Shown here one piece after another: positions 35,809 through 44,093 of a stretch of DNA of 64,000 nt. Position 1 is the stretch's first letter. Each line of letters opens with the position of its first letter. Location: assembly GCA_937921475.1 (NCBI GenBank), contig CALFPG010000012.1, forward strand, positions 202,648 to 266,647, read 5' to 3'. The DNA comes from an uncultured Candidatus Saccharibacteria bacterium. Lineage in GTDB: Bacteria > Patescibacteriota > Saccharimonadia > Saccharimonadales > Saccharimonadaceae. Made by a program: the position numbers and the translations under genes. Under the pieces are notes generated by a model. That model saw nothing but the letters and a program-made list of their open reading frames with translations. It did not search any database and was not told where the DNA came from.

Positions 35809-35852
35809 ATTCTAAAACTAGAATAACGCTAGATCTAAAATAGGCTATTTTA
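35809..35852. promoter_or_regulatory. cluster of three palindromes in the R-M operon promoter region (candidate operators)
   Basis: ATTCTA-aaac-TAGAAT (35809-35824) overlaps a reverse-strand TATAAT. TAGATCTA (35830-35837) contains GATC. TAAAATAG-g-CTATTTTA spans 35836-35852. Confidence 0.4.
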
Positions 35853-35955
35853 TTTCGGTAGTTTTATAGATTGTTTTGTTGAAAAATCGTAGACAGGGGC
35901 GGCTCATCTGGTCGTGAAATAAATAGGTTGTAATTTTTACTAAATAGCTTGCAAA

Positions 35956-36004
35956 ACACTAGATATAGCGGCTATAGTTATTATTGTACGCTATATATAT
36001 AGCG
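35956..36004 (+). promoter_or_regulatory. two candidate NrdR boxes overlapping a TTGCAA-18-TATAGT promoter upstream of nrdA
   Basis: Box 1 is acactagatatagcgg (35956-35971). Box 2 is the perfect palindrome cgctatatatatagcg (35989-36004). Both resemble the acaCwAtATaTwGtgt consensus, and their centres are about 33 bp apart. Confidence 0.5.
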
Positions 36005-36044
36005 AGCCCATAAATAAACAAAAAACACAAGCTACGAAGACAGG

Positions 36045-36075
36045 CCACCAGATGAGGTGTTGGTGGTTTGTTTTT
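36045..36075 (+). terminator. terminator-like hairpin plus T-tract inside the nrdA leader (possible attenuator)
   Basis: Stem CCACCAG/TTGGTGG (one G-U pair), 8-nt loop, then TTTGTTTTT. It ends 25 nt before the nrdA start. Confidence 0.35.
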
Positions 36076-36100
36076 AAGAGGGGAAAATTAAGGAGGGTAT

Positions 36101-38503
36101 GTGAAAGAAATTAACGTAGTCAAACGCGACGGAACAAAAGAACCGTTTGATGCTAATAAAATTAATACGGCTATTTTAAAAGCGTGTGAAGGTTTGCCGG
36201 ACCAAATTTCTAAGGTTGTTCAGGTGGCGACTGAATTACAATTGACATTATTTGATGGAATTACAACCGAGCAATTGGACGAGGCGGTCATTCAAACGGT
36301 ACTCCAAAACGTTAAAGACGATCCAGATTACGATAAAATCGCGGCACGATTATTACTGAAAACTGTCTATAAGCAGATTTTGGGCGATTATGAGACGGCG
36401 GAAGAATTGAAAAAGCTTCATGCGCGCGAATTTCCGAAGTTTGTTAAGGCAGCGGTAAAAGAAGGATTGTTGGATAAGCGCATGGCTGACGGTCGATTTG
36501 ACTTGAAAAAACTGGCGGCGGAACTTGATCCAGCGCGTGATGATTTGAGTAAATATTTGGGCGTGGTGACCAATAAAAATCGTTATGCTCTTCGCAAGCA
36601 AAACGGCTCGCCAATTGAAACACCTCAGTTTACGCACATGCGTATCGCTATGGGACTTAGCTATAACGAATCTGACCCAACGACTGCAGCGATTGAGTTT
36701 TATAATCACATGAGCAATTTGGAGTACGTTCCGGGTGGATCAACGCGAGTTAATGCTGGCGGCTCGTTCCCGCAACTCAGTAACTGTTTCTTGCTTAATG
36801 TCGATGATGACATGGAGTCAATTGCTAAGGCTGTTCGCGACACAATGTGGATCGCTAAAGGCACAGGCGGAATTGGCATTGGTTTTACAAAGCTACGTGC
36901 AGCGGGCAGTCCAGTTAAAACCACCAACACTGAATCGACTGGCCCAATTCCATTTATGAAGATGATTGATACGGCGCTTTTTGCGGTTTCTCGTAAGGGT
37001 AAAAAGGCTGGTGCAGCTGCAATTTACATGGAAAACTGGCACCTTAATTTTGATCAATTTGTTGACCTTCGCCAAAACTCTGGTGACCCATATCTAAGAA
37101 CCAGATTTGCGAATACTGCGGTATTTATCTCTGACGAATTTATGAAGCGAGTAGAAAAAGATCAAGATTGGTATTTGTTTGATCCAGCAGAAACTCCAGA
37201 TTTGACAGAACTATACGGCGAAGAATTTTCGGCGCGATATAAAGAATATATCAAGATGGCGGAAGCTGGGAAGTTGCGAACATTTGATAAAGTTCCAGCT
37301 CGTCAGCAATTTAAGCGCATTTTGACTAGCCTACAAGCAACTTCTCATCCGTGGCTAACTTGGAAAGATACGATTAACGTGCGTGCGTTAAATAACAATA
37401 CGGGTACAATTCACCTCAGTAACTTGTGTACGGAAATTACATTACCGCAGGATAAAAATAATATTGCAACGTGTAACTTGGTGAGCATTAATTTGTCGGC
37501 ATTTCTTAGTGAGGATAAAACTTGGGACTGGGATAGATTGAAAGAAGCGGCTCGTGCGGCAGTGCGACAATTGGACAATTTGTGCGACATCACTCAAACT
37601 CCAATTCCAGAAGCGATGTATTCGAATCAGCAAACTCGAGCAATTGGCCTCGGGATTATGGGTCTTTCTGACGTGTTGGAAAAATTGGGTTATTGCTACG
37701 AATCGAAAGAAGCGTACGATTTGATTGATCAATTGACAGAGTTTATTAGTTATCACGCCATTGATCAATCGGCTGATTTGGCGGAAAAATTGGGCAGCTA
37801 TCCAACATTTGCAGGCAGCGGTTGGAGTAAGGGAATTCTTCCAATTGATACGATTGATAAGCTATCAAAAGATCGCGGCGTGAAGGTGAAAATAGACCAA
37901 AAGGCGCGACTAGACTGGGATGGTTTGCGAAAGAAAGTGAAGAAGGGAATGCGAAATGCGACTCTTATGGCAATTGCGCCGACGGCTAACATTGGTCACG
38001 TGGCGGGAACGACTCCTGGAATTGATCCGCAATTTGCGCAGATTTTCAGTCGCTCGACTTTGAACGGTAAGTTTTTGGAAGTGAACCATAATTTAGTTCG
38101 CGACTTGAAGAAGCTTGGTTTGTGGGACAATTTGAAGGATGAGATTTTTGCGGCTCAAGGCGATATTCAAGATATTGATGGCATTCCTCAGAATATCAAG
38201 GATGTTTATAAAACAAGTTTCCAGCTTAGTCCGTACGCATTTATTGAGGTGGCGGCTAGGGCTCAGAAGTGGGTCGATCAAGCGATTTCTCGAAATATGT
38301 ATCTGGAGACGCGAGATATTGATGAATATGTGAAGATTTATTCGGAAGCGTGGAAGCGTGGCTTGAAGACGACATACTATCTGCACGTTAAGCCGCGTCA
38401 TCAGTCGGAGCAGACAACAGTTTCAGTTGATAAAATTGCAGAACAAAAAGTCCGTACAAATAGTAAAGTGCGCGGATTTGGATTTGCGAAAATTAATAAA
38501 TAA
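36101..38503 (+). CDS. nrdA: class I ribonucleoside-diphosphate reductase alpha subunit with N-terminal ATP-cone
   Basis: GTG start with an AAGGAGGG SD. ATP-cone VVKRDGTKEPFDANKI. The active-site region NLCTEITLP is present. 800 aa. Confidence 0.92.
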   Translation: MKEINVVKRDGTKEPFDANKINTAILKACEGLPDQISKVVQVATELQLTLFDGITTEQLDEAVIQTVLQNVKDDPDYDKIAARLLLKTVYKQILGDYETAEELKKLHAREFPKFVKAAVKEGLLDKRMADGRFDLKKLAAELDPARDDLSKYLGVVTNKNRYALRKQNGSPIETPQFTHMRIAMGLSYNESDPTTAAIEFYNHMSNLEYVPGGSTRVNAGGSFPQLSNCFLLNVDDDMESIAKAVRDTMWIAKGTGGIGIGFTKLRAAGSPVKTTNTESTGPIPFMKMIDTALFAVSRKGKKAGAAAIYMENWHLNFDQFVDLRQNSGDPYLRTRFANTAVFISDEFMKRVEKDQDWYLFDPAETPDLTELYGEEFSARYKEYIKMAEAGKLRTFDKVPARQQFKRILTSLQATSHPWLTWKDTINVRALNNNTGTIHLSNLCTEITLPQDKNNIATCNLVSINLSAFLSEDKTWDWDRLKEAARAAVRQLDNLCDITQTPIPEAMYSNQQTRAIGLGIMGLSDVLEKLGYCYESKEAYDLIDQLTEFISYHAIDQSADLAEKLGSYPTFAGSGWSKGILPIDTIDKLSKDRGVKVKIDQKARLDWDGLRKKVKKGMRNATLMAIAPTANIGHVAGTTPGIDPQFAQIFSRSTLNGKFLEVNHNLVRDLKKLGLWDNLKDEIFAAQGDIQDIDGIPQNIKDVYKTSFQLSPYAFIEVAARAQKWVDQAISRNMYLETRDIDEYVKIYSEAWKRGLKTTYYLHVKPRHQSEQTTVSVDKIAEQKVRTNSKVRGFGFAKINK

Positions 38504-38516
38504 GGAGGAAATTAAG

Positions 38517-39494
38517 ATGGGAATTTTAGGTTCAGGATTACGCGATGGATTGTCGCTTCACCCAATTCGTTACCCTTGGGCGTATGATCTTTATAATCAA
38601 GCAGTGGCTAACACGTGGTTTCCAAACGAAGTTCAATTAGTGCAGGATTTGGCGGATTTTGAAAAATTGTCAGACGACGAAAAGCACGCATTGAAAACGG
38701 TTATTAGCTATTTGAATCCAAACGAGTTATTGATCAATAAGTCATTAGCGTTCGGCATTTATCCATATGTGAACGCGGCGGAAGCTCAACTGTATTTGTC
38801 AAAACAGATGTGGGAAGAAGCTAACCACTTTATGACGTTTGAATACATTATTGAGACATTTCCGTTTGATCGTGAGGAGATTTACGCTGCGGGCTTTGGT
38901 AAGAAATCATTGGCTGACAAGGCTGACTTTCAGAATAAGCATTTGGACGTGATGCTTGATCCGAATTTGGATATTTATTCGCTGGAAGGTAAGAAGGATT
39001 TTGTTAGGTCTTTGGTGGCGTATAACATCGTGCTGGAGGGAATTTGGTTCTATTCAGGCTTTATGGTTGGTATGAGTTTCCGTCAGCGTAATTTGTTGCG
39101 TAATGTTGGCTCGCTGTTGGATTGGATTACTCGCGATGAAAATCTTCATTTGACGTTTGGTATCAATTTGCTTTTGACAATTTTGGACGAGAACCCAGAA
39201 TTGCAAACGCAGGAATTTGCAGAAGAAATTCGCAACTTGATTTTGCAAGCGGTAGAACTTGAGAAAGCTTACAATAAGGATATGCTGCCAAAGGGAATTT
39301 TGGGATTGAACGCTGATTATGTCAATCAGTATGTTATGCATATGACCGACCGACGCTTGCAGGAATTAGGTTTTGAGCCTGAATATAACGTGCCAAATCC
39401 AGCCAAATGGATGGCAGCCGCCAATGATACGCTGGAATTGGTGAATTTCTTTGAAAGCACAAACACTAGTTACGAAGTTAATACCACGAAGTAA
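38517..39494 (+). CDS. nrdB: ribonucleotide reductase beta subunit, class Ic-like signature (Glu first ligand, Phe at the radical-Tyr position)
   Basis: AAGGAGG SD before ATG 38517. Metal ligands are E70, E101-x2-H104, E in VLEGIWFYSGF, and E-x2-H in RDENLHLTF. Residue H104+4 is F108, where class Ia has Tyr. Confidence 0.88.
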   Translation: MGILGSGLRDGLSLHPIRYPWAYDLYNQAVANTWFPNEVQLVQDLADFEKLSDDEKHALKTVISYLNPNELLINKSLAFGIYPYVNAAEAQLYLSKQMWEEANHFMTFEYIIETFPFDREEIYAAGFGKKSLADKADFQNKHLDVMLDPNLDIYSLEGKKDFVRSLVAYNIVLEGIWFYSGFMVGMSFRQRNLLRNVGSLLDWITRDENLHLTFGINLLLTILDENPELQTQEFAEEIRNLILQAVELEKAYNKDMLPKGILGLNADYVNQYVMHMTDRRLQELGFEPEYNVPNPAKWMAAANDTLELVNFFESTNTSYEVNTTK

Positions 39495-39904
39495 TGGGAG
39501 TTGATGATATGAACGAATTAGCGAAAGAAATATTAGATACAGTCGAAGTTGGTGCGTTGGCAACTGTGAATGTTGATAGAACTCCTTTGGTGACGCCGCT
39601 GCACTTTGCGCGATTGGGTGATTCGATAGTTTGGATATCAGAGCCGATTGCGCGTCATTCAGAAAATGCGTTTCGAAACGGTAAGGCGGAATTTGTGGTT
39701 TGGGATGATAAAAAGCGAGCAGTTTTCTTAAAAACTAACGTGACTGAACTTCCAGAATCTGAGAAAGAGGCGGCAATGGCGGCTTATAAAGAGAAGCTGG
39801 CTGATTTTATGCCACGTTGTCAAAATCCGCAAATATACGTTGCGCCAATTGGTGAACTTGATGAAAAAACTACAACGGGCAATTGGCTACATTTTATTGC
39901 ATAA
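39494..39904 (+). CDS. pyridoxamine 5'-phosphate oxidase-like FMN-binding split-barrel family protein
   Basis: VGALATVNVDRTPLVTPLHFARLGDSIVWIS fits the family pattern. ATG 39494 overlaps the nrdB stop. ATG 39509, with a GGGAG SD, is an alternative start. Confidence 0.6.
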   Translation: MGVDDMNELAKEILDTVEVGALATVNVDRTPLVTPLHFARLGDSIVWISEPIARHSENAFRNGKAEFVVWDDKKRAVFLKTNVTELPESEKEAAMAAYKEKLADFMPRCQNPQIYVAPIGELDEKTTTGNWLHFIA

Positions 39905-39955
39905 GCACTATATCTAGCGTAAAATTAGTTAAGTAACTACTAAATATAGGGGAAA

Positions 39956-40135
39956 ATGAAAATGAACGCAAATCAGATTATTACTGATGACATGACTTTG
40001 GAAGAAAAATTGAGTGCCATTGACGCAGCTCTTAAAGCAGCGCAGGAAGCGGCTGATGATCAAGCAAAGTCGAACGGCACTGTTGCGGCACCAGTTGACC
40101 CAGCAAGCCTGACTATTTGTGACGGTTGCGAATAA
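39956..40135 (+). CDS. small ORF (59 aa) ending ...LTICDGCE
   Basis: My translation: MKMNANQIITDDMTLEEKLSAIDAALKAAQEAADDQAKSNGTVAAPVDPASLTICDGCE. It is below the ORF-track size cutoff and sits just upstream of the HX4D paralogue pair. Confidence 0.35.
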   Translation: MKMNANQIITDDMTLEEKLSAIDAALKAAQEAADDQAKSNGTVAAPVDPASLTICDGCE

Positions 40136-40157
40136 GGTCCACCAGCAGATATGATTA

Positions 40158-40187
40158 TTGACAATATAGGGTTTTATATTGTATAAT
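40158..40187 (+). promoter_or_regulatory. sigma70-type promoter TTGACA-18-TATAAT, 10 nt before GTG 40198
   Basis: Reads ttgacaatatagggttttatattgtataat. Confidence 0.5.
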
Positions 40188-40197
40188 TAAGAGTATC

Positions 40198-41097
40198 GTG
40201 AAAATAGTTGAGACTTTTTCAGGATCTGAGGCTATAGAAGAGATTAAACAGTGCGCTAAAAAGGGTGCATCTGAAGGTCTGTATGATCCGAGCCCAAGAA
40301 GACTGCGCATTCCTCTTGAGTTGGCTACTGGTTTGCTTGGTAATGTGGATGTTGTTGTTGAGGGGGCTTGTAATCTTTTGGAGACAACTAAGAAAACCGA
40401 GGAGAACGAGGGTGTTATATTTGCTACGAGTCACCTAACGGACGTTGATGTTTCGACTGTTGCTAGCGTAGTTTCTGAGTTTAGACATATAAGCGTGACA
40501 GTAGCCTCCACTAATATGGGTCTTTGGCATCAGAGGATACCATATAAACTTGTTGGGATGGATAACTTTTTTCAGGTTCCGTATGGAAGAGATCCGTCTG
40601 CGGAAAAAGGTGCTATTGATAATAAGTACGCGTTATCGTTTAATGGTGACGATTACTCAGGTCTGCAAGAAAAAATAACAGATAGTGGACTTTCTGTTAT
40701 TACTGCAGCGCATAACCCGATGAGCAATATTGGGATAAAAAATGACGGTGAACTGCCAGAAAAGGTGGGTAAATTAGCTCCTCATCTAAGCCTGGCGACG
40801 GGTGCCACCATAATTCCTGTACTTATGCAGGTTGAGGGTCAGAAGAGAAATCCTAATCAACTCAATGACAATGCGATACATCTAAAGTGGCTTTTGGGTA
40901 AAAAAGTTGTGCGACTGGTATTTGGTGAGACTATTAAGCCTAGTCCTGATAAAGTTGAATCTTATGCCAATGTTTCGCATGAAGCGTCTTACTCAAAGGC
41001 GGCTCGTGAAGAGCAGTGTCGCATATTGGAAGCGTTTGGTGGGAAGGCGATATTGGGGTATATGCATGATAAATATGATCCGTTATTGGCTGCGTAA
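40198..41097 (+). CDS. hypothetical protein with HX4D acyltransferase-like motif, paralogue A
   Basis: 299 aa. ATSHLTDVD (H79..D84), VASTN and NFFQVPYG are shared with paralogue B. Assignment to the PlsC/LPLAT family is tentative. Confidence 0.6.
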   Translation: MKIVETFSGSEAIEEIKQCAKKGASEGLYDPSPRRLRIPLELATGLLGNVDVVVEGACNLLETTKKTEENEGVIFATSHLTDVDVSTVASVVSEFRHISVTVASTNMGLWHQRIPYKLVGMDNFFQVPYGRDPSAEKGAIDNKYALSFNGDDYSGLQEKITDSGLSVITAAHNPMSNIGIKNDGELPEKVGKLAPHLSLATGATIIPVLMQVEGQKRNPNQLNDNAIHLKWLLGKKVVRLVFGETIKPSPDKVESYANVSHEASYSKAAREEQCRILEAFGGKAILGYMHDKYDPLLAA

Positions 41098-41163
41098 TAA
41101 GGAGAGATAGTTAAAATGACTGCAGGAATAGATAAATTTAGCCCAACCCCAGAAGAGTAAGAA

Positions 41164-42135
41164 TTGTTCAATAAAGTTTTCCATCCAGACATCACTGAAG
41201 AGCCTGATGCTGTCGTAAAAGAAACTGAGCCACAGAGAGAGGGTTTTTCTCTGTCGGTTGCGCTTGATTCTCTTAAGAAATGGGTGCGTGGTAGACGAGA
41301 AAATCACAGCAAACCTTTCGGACTAACTAGTAATTCGGCGGTAGAAAAACTTGAGGCAGCTGGAGAAGAATTGGGATTGCCAGAAACAGACGTTCGTCTT
41401 TCCTCTGGACTTAAGCTGTTGATGGGCTTAATGCATGGCAAAAAGGAAGTTGAAATAATTGGCGAAGATATCTTGATTGAAGCCGCCAAAAAGGCCAAAG
41501 AAGAAGGCAAGGGAAGTGTTATAGCGCCAACACATTTCAATGGAGAGGATGTTCCTACGGCTAGCTACTTAGCGTCTTTGTTGAATAAAATTAATATTGG
41601 CGTAGCGTCGACTAATAGAGATTGGATTAAGAAGGGCGTTGGCGGAATCAACTTAGAAGCTATACAGTATCTTGCGTTTGGCGCTAAAAACTTTTTTGGT
41701 GTGCCATATGAATGGGTAGATAAAAAGAGTAAAAAACCGGTTCACTTTTCAACAGACCATTACGAAGAAGCGGTTAAGTTTGTTGAGGATGGTGGATCTT
41801 TGGTTTTGGCTGGATATTCAGCGGATGACTCAGTAGGCTCAAAGCCTCGCAGTGAAATGGGCTCTGCAGCGACTCATACGGCATTGAAATCTGGCGCAGA
41901 CCTGATATTTGTTTACGTATCGTCAGAGGACAAGAAACTTACTATTAGAGTTATGGAAGATGAAGACGGTATGTTTGCGGCATTTAGCAATTCATATAGA
42001 AAGGCGTTAGAGATGAAAGATTCTGATGCATCCGAGCGTTTATTATCGTCATGTAAAGAGTACTTAAAAGACAGCGAAATAGGTAGGGTTATAGCAGAAG
42101 AATATAAGCGTCGATCAGATAAAAATAAAGTCTAG
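41164..42135 (+). CDS. hypothetical protein with HX4D acyltransferase-like motif, paralogue B (start problematic)
   Basis: 323 aa from TTG 41164. APTHFNGED (H124..D129), VASTN, NFFGVPYE. A strong-SD ATG at 41116 is in the same frame but is interrupted by TAA at 41158-41160. Confidence 0.6.
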   Translation: MFNKVFHPDITEEPDAVVKETEPQREGFSLSVALDSLKKWVRGRRENHSKPFGLTSNSAVEKLEAAGEELGLPETDVRLSSGLKLLMGLMHGKKEVEIIGEDILIEAAKKAKEEGKGSVIAPTHFNGEDVPTASYLASLLNKINIGVASTNRDWIKKGVGGINLEAIQYLAFGAKNFFGVPYEWVDKKSKKPVHFSTDHYEEAVKFVEDGGSLVLAGYSADDSVGSKPRSEMGSAATHTALKSGADLIFVYVSSEDKKLTIRVMEDEDGMFAAFSNSYRKALEMKDSDASERLLSSCKEYLKDSEIGRVIAEEYKRRSDKNKV

Positions 42136-42226
42136 CGAGCGCAGCATCGAAGCCCTAGTTATTGACAAAATAAAAATAATGTGATATCATTTTACTGTAT
42201 AAATAATTAAAACAAAAAGGAATAAA

Positions 42227-42385
42227 ATGGCTGAAGAAAAAGATATTCACGGACTTACCGAAGGTGTATTGAGTCGAGACGATATGTCGGCGTTGACTTA
42301 CGTATTGCAACACGTGAAAGGATCTAGCCCAAGTTCGGCGACGAAATTAAGTCTGGAACTGGAAGAGCTTGACGAAACAGCGTAG
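42227..42385 (+). CDS. small acidic ORF (52 aa)
   Basis: My translation: MAEEKDIHGLTEGVLSRDDMSALTYVLQHVKGSSPSSATKLSLELEELDETA. An AAAGGA SD-like sequence lies upstream. It is below the ORF-track cutoff. Confidence 0.3.
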   Translation: MAEEKDIHGLTEGVLSRDDMSALTYVLQHVKGSSPSSATKLSLELEELDETA

Positions 42386-42430
42386 AGATTTAGCTAGATA
42401 ATAATCCACCTCTGTTGTATACTGGACAGT

Positions 42431-44062
42431 ATGGAACAGGTTATTTCTCAAGTAGTGAAGCAACTTTTTGATCAAGATGTATCGGTGCAATTGACGCGTC
42501 CTGATCCGAAGTTTGGTGACTTTGCTACGAATGTGGCGTTGCAATTGGCTAAGCCGCTAGGGAAGAATCCGCGCGAAATTGCGGAGATGATTGCTGAAAA
42601 TCTGCACAAGGAAGAGGAGTTTAGTGAAGTAAGCGTGGCTGGTCCAGGTTTTATCAATGTAAAACTGAGCGATCAATCCGTTCTAAATTCTTTGAAAAAA
42701 GAGCCAACGACTAAGCACGTTGGTCAGACGGTTGTAATTGAGACTAATTGCCCGAATCCATTTAAGGCTATGCATATCGGACACGCTTTGAATGCGATTT
42801 TGGCGGACACGATGGCTAATTTGTTGGCGGTTGATGGCGCAATTGTGCATCGAGTGAGTTATCACGGTGATGTCGGAACGCATGTCGGTAAAAGTATGTG
42901 GGCGATTTTGCGTGAGATTGACGGCGATGTGAATAAATTGAACGAAATCCCGGCTGATAAGCGAAATGAATTTATGAGCCGCATGTACGTTGAAGGTGCG
43001 CGTGCGGCGAAAGAATCTCCAGAGGCAAAGGCAGAAATTGATGAACTAGCCAAGCAATCATTCGTCCTGGATGATCCACTATATAAACAAGTTTACGAAA
43101 TCTGTAAAAGTTGGAGTTTTGACGAAATTGACTCTAATGTTGGGCGACTTGGAAACGTGCCGATTGAGCGACGTTACGTTGAGAGCGAAACTGAAGAATT
43201 GGGAAAATCTTTGATTAAAGAGAAAACTCCAGAGGTGTTTACCAAATCTGACGGTGCGTATGTTTTTAAGGGTAGCAAATACGGCGCGTTTGATAACGTA
43301 TTCATCGGATCTCATGGCAATGGTCTTTATGGCGCGCATGATATGGGATTGATTCAGTTGAAGTATAAGGATTACCCAGATTTGGACTTATCGATTACAG
43401 TAAACGCCGAGGAGCAAGCAGCATACTTCCGTGGCGTGATTGCGGCTAGTGAATTGTCGATTCCGGCTTTGAAGGGAAGATTGTTCAATTACGCGACTGG
43501 CTTTGTTAAATTGGCAACTGGAAAGATGAGTTCGCGAACGGGTGAGGTTGTTACAATTGGCTGGCTGTTCGATGAGTTTAAGAAGGCAATTGAAAATGCT
43601 GGCGGCGAGCCAACTGACGATGTAATTGCTGGCGCGCTTCGTTATCAATTCTTGAAAGTGAAGATTGGCGGCGACGTCATATTTGATATTAACGACGCGG
43701 TAAGTTTGACTGGAAATACGGGAAGCTACTTGCAATACGCCCATGCTCGAGCACGAGGTATTTTAGCTAAATCCGATAAAGAAATTGCCTTTCCGACAGA
43801 GTTGTTTGACGAGGATAAGATGCTGGTCAGAAAATTGAGTGAGTACGTGGACGTGGTTGATCGCGCTAAGGAAAGTCTGGAGCCTCATCACATTTGTATG
43901 TATTTGTTTGAATTGGCGCAGGAATTTAATCGATATTACGAGAAAAATCAGGTTATTGGTAGCGACAAAGAGACACATCGTGTAGGAATCGTGGCAATTT
44001 ACGCCGATATTCTTAAGGCTGGATTGGCTATTTTGGGAATCGTGGCGCCAGATCGCTTGTAA
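42431..44062 (+). CDS. argS: arginine--tRNA ligase
   Basis: 543 aa with PNPFKAMHIGHAL (HIGH) and an MSSRTG (KMSK-like) motif. TATACT lies 7 nt before the ATG. Confidence 0.92.
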   Translation: MEQVISQVVKQLFDQDVSVQLTRPDPKFGDFATNVALQLAKPLGKNPREIAEMIAENLHKEEEFSEVSVAGPGFINVKLSDQSVLNSLKKEPTTKHVGQTVVIETNCPNPFKAMHIGHALNAILADTMANLLAVDGAIVHRVSYHGDVGTHVGKSMWAILREIDGDVNKLNEIPADKRNEFMSRMYVEGARAAKESPEAKAEIDELAKQSFVLDDPLYKQVYEICKSWSFDEIDSNVGRLGNVPIERRYVESETEELGKSLIKEKTPEVFTKSDGAYVFKGSKYGAFDNVFIGSHGNGLYGAHDMGLIQLKYKDYPDLDLSITVNAEEQAAYFRGVIAASELSIPALKGRLFNYATGFVKLATGKMSSRTGEVVTIGWLFDEFKKAIENAGGEPTDDVIAGALRYQFLKVKIGGDVIFDINDAVSLTGNTGSYLQYAHARARGILAKSDKEIAFPTELFDEDKMLVRKLSEYVDVVDRAKESLEPHHICMYLFELAQEFNRYYEKNQVIGSDKETHRVGIVAIYADILKAGLAILGIVAPDRL

Positions 44063-44093
44063 AATATACTGTATTAGTATATAATATGAATTC

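Noticed and set aside
35897-36056. A 10-nt complementarity (ctcatctggt at about 35898 against accagatgag at about 36047), each preceded by gacagg, flanking the nrd promoter region.
   Set aside because: A single 10-mer match in a 320-nt spacer is only marginally unlikely by chance. The predicted promoter lies between the two halves, so they would not be on one transcript.
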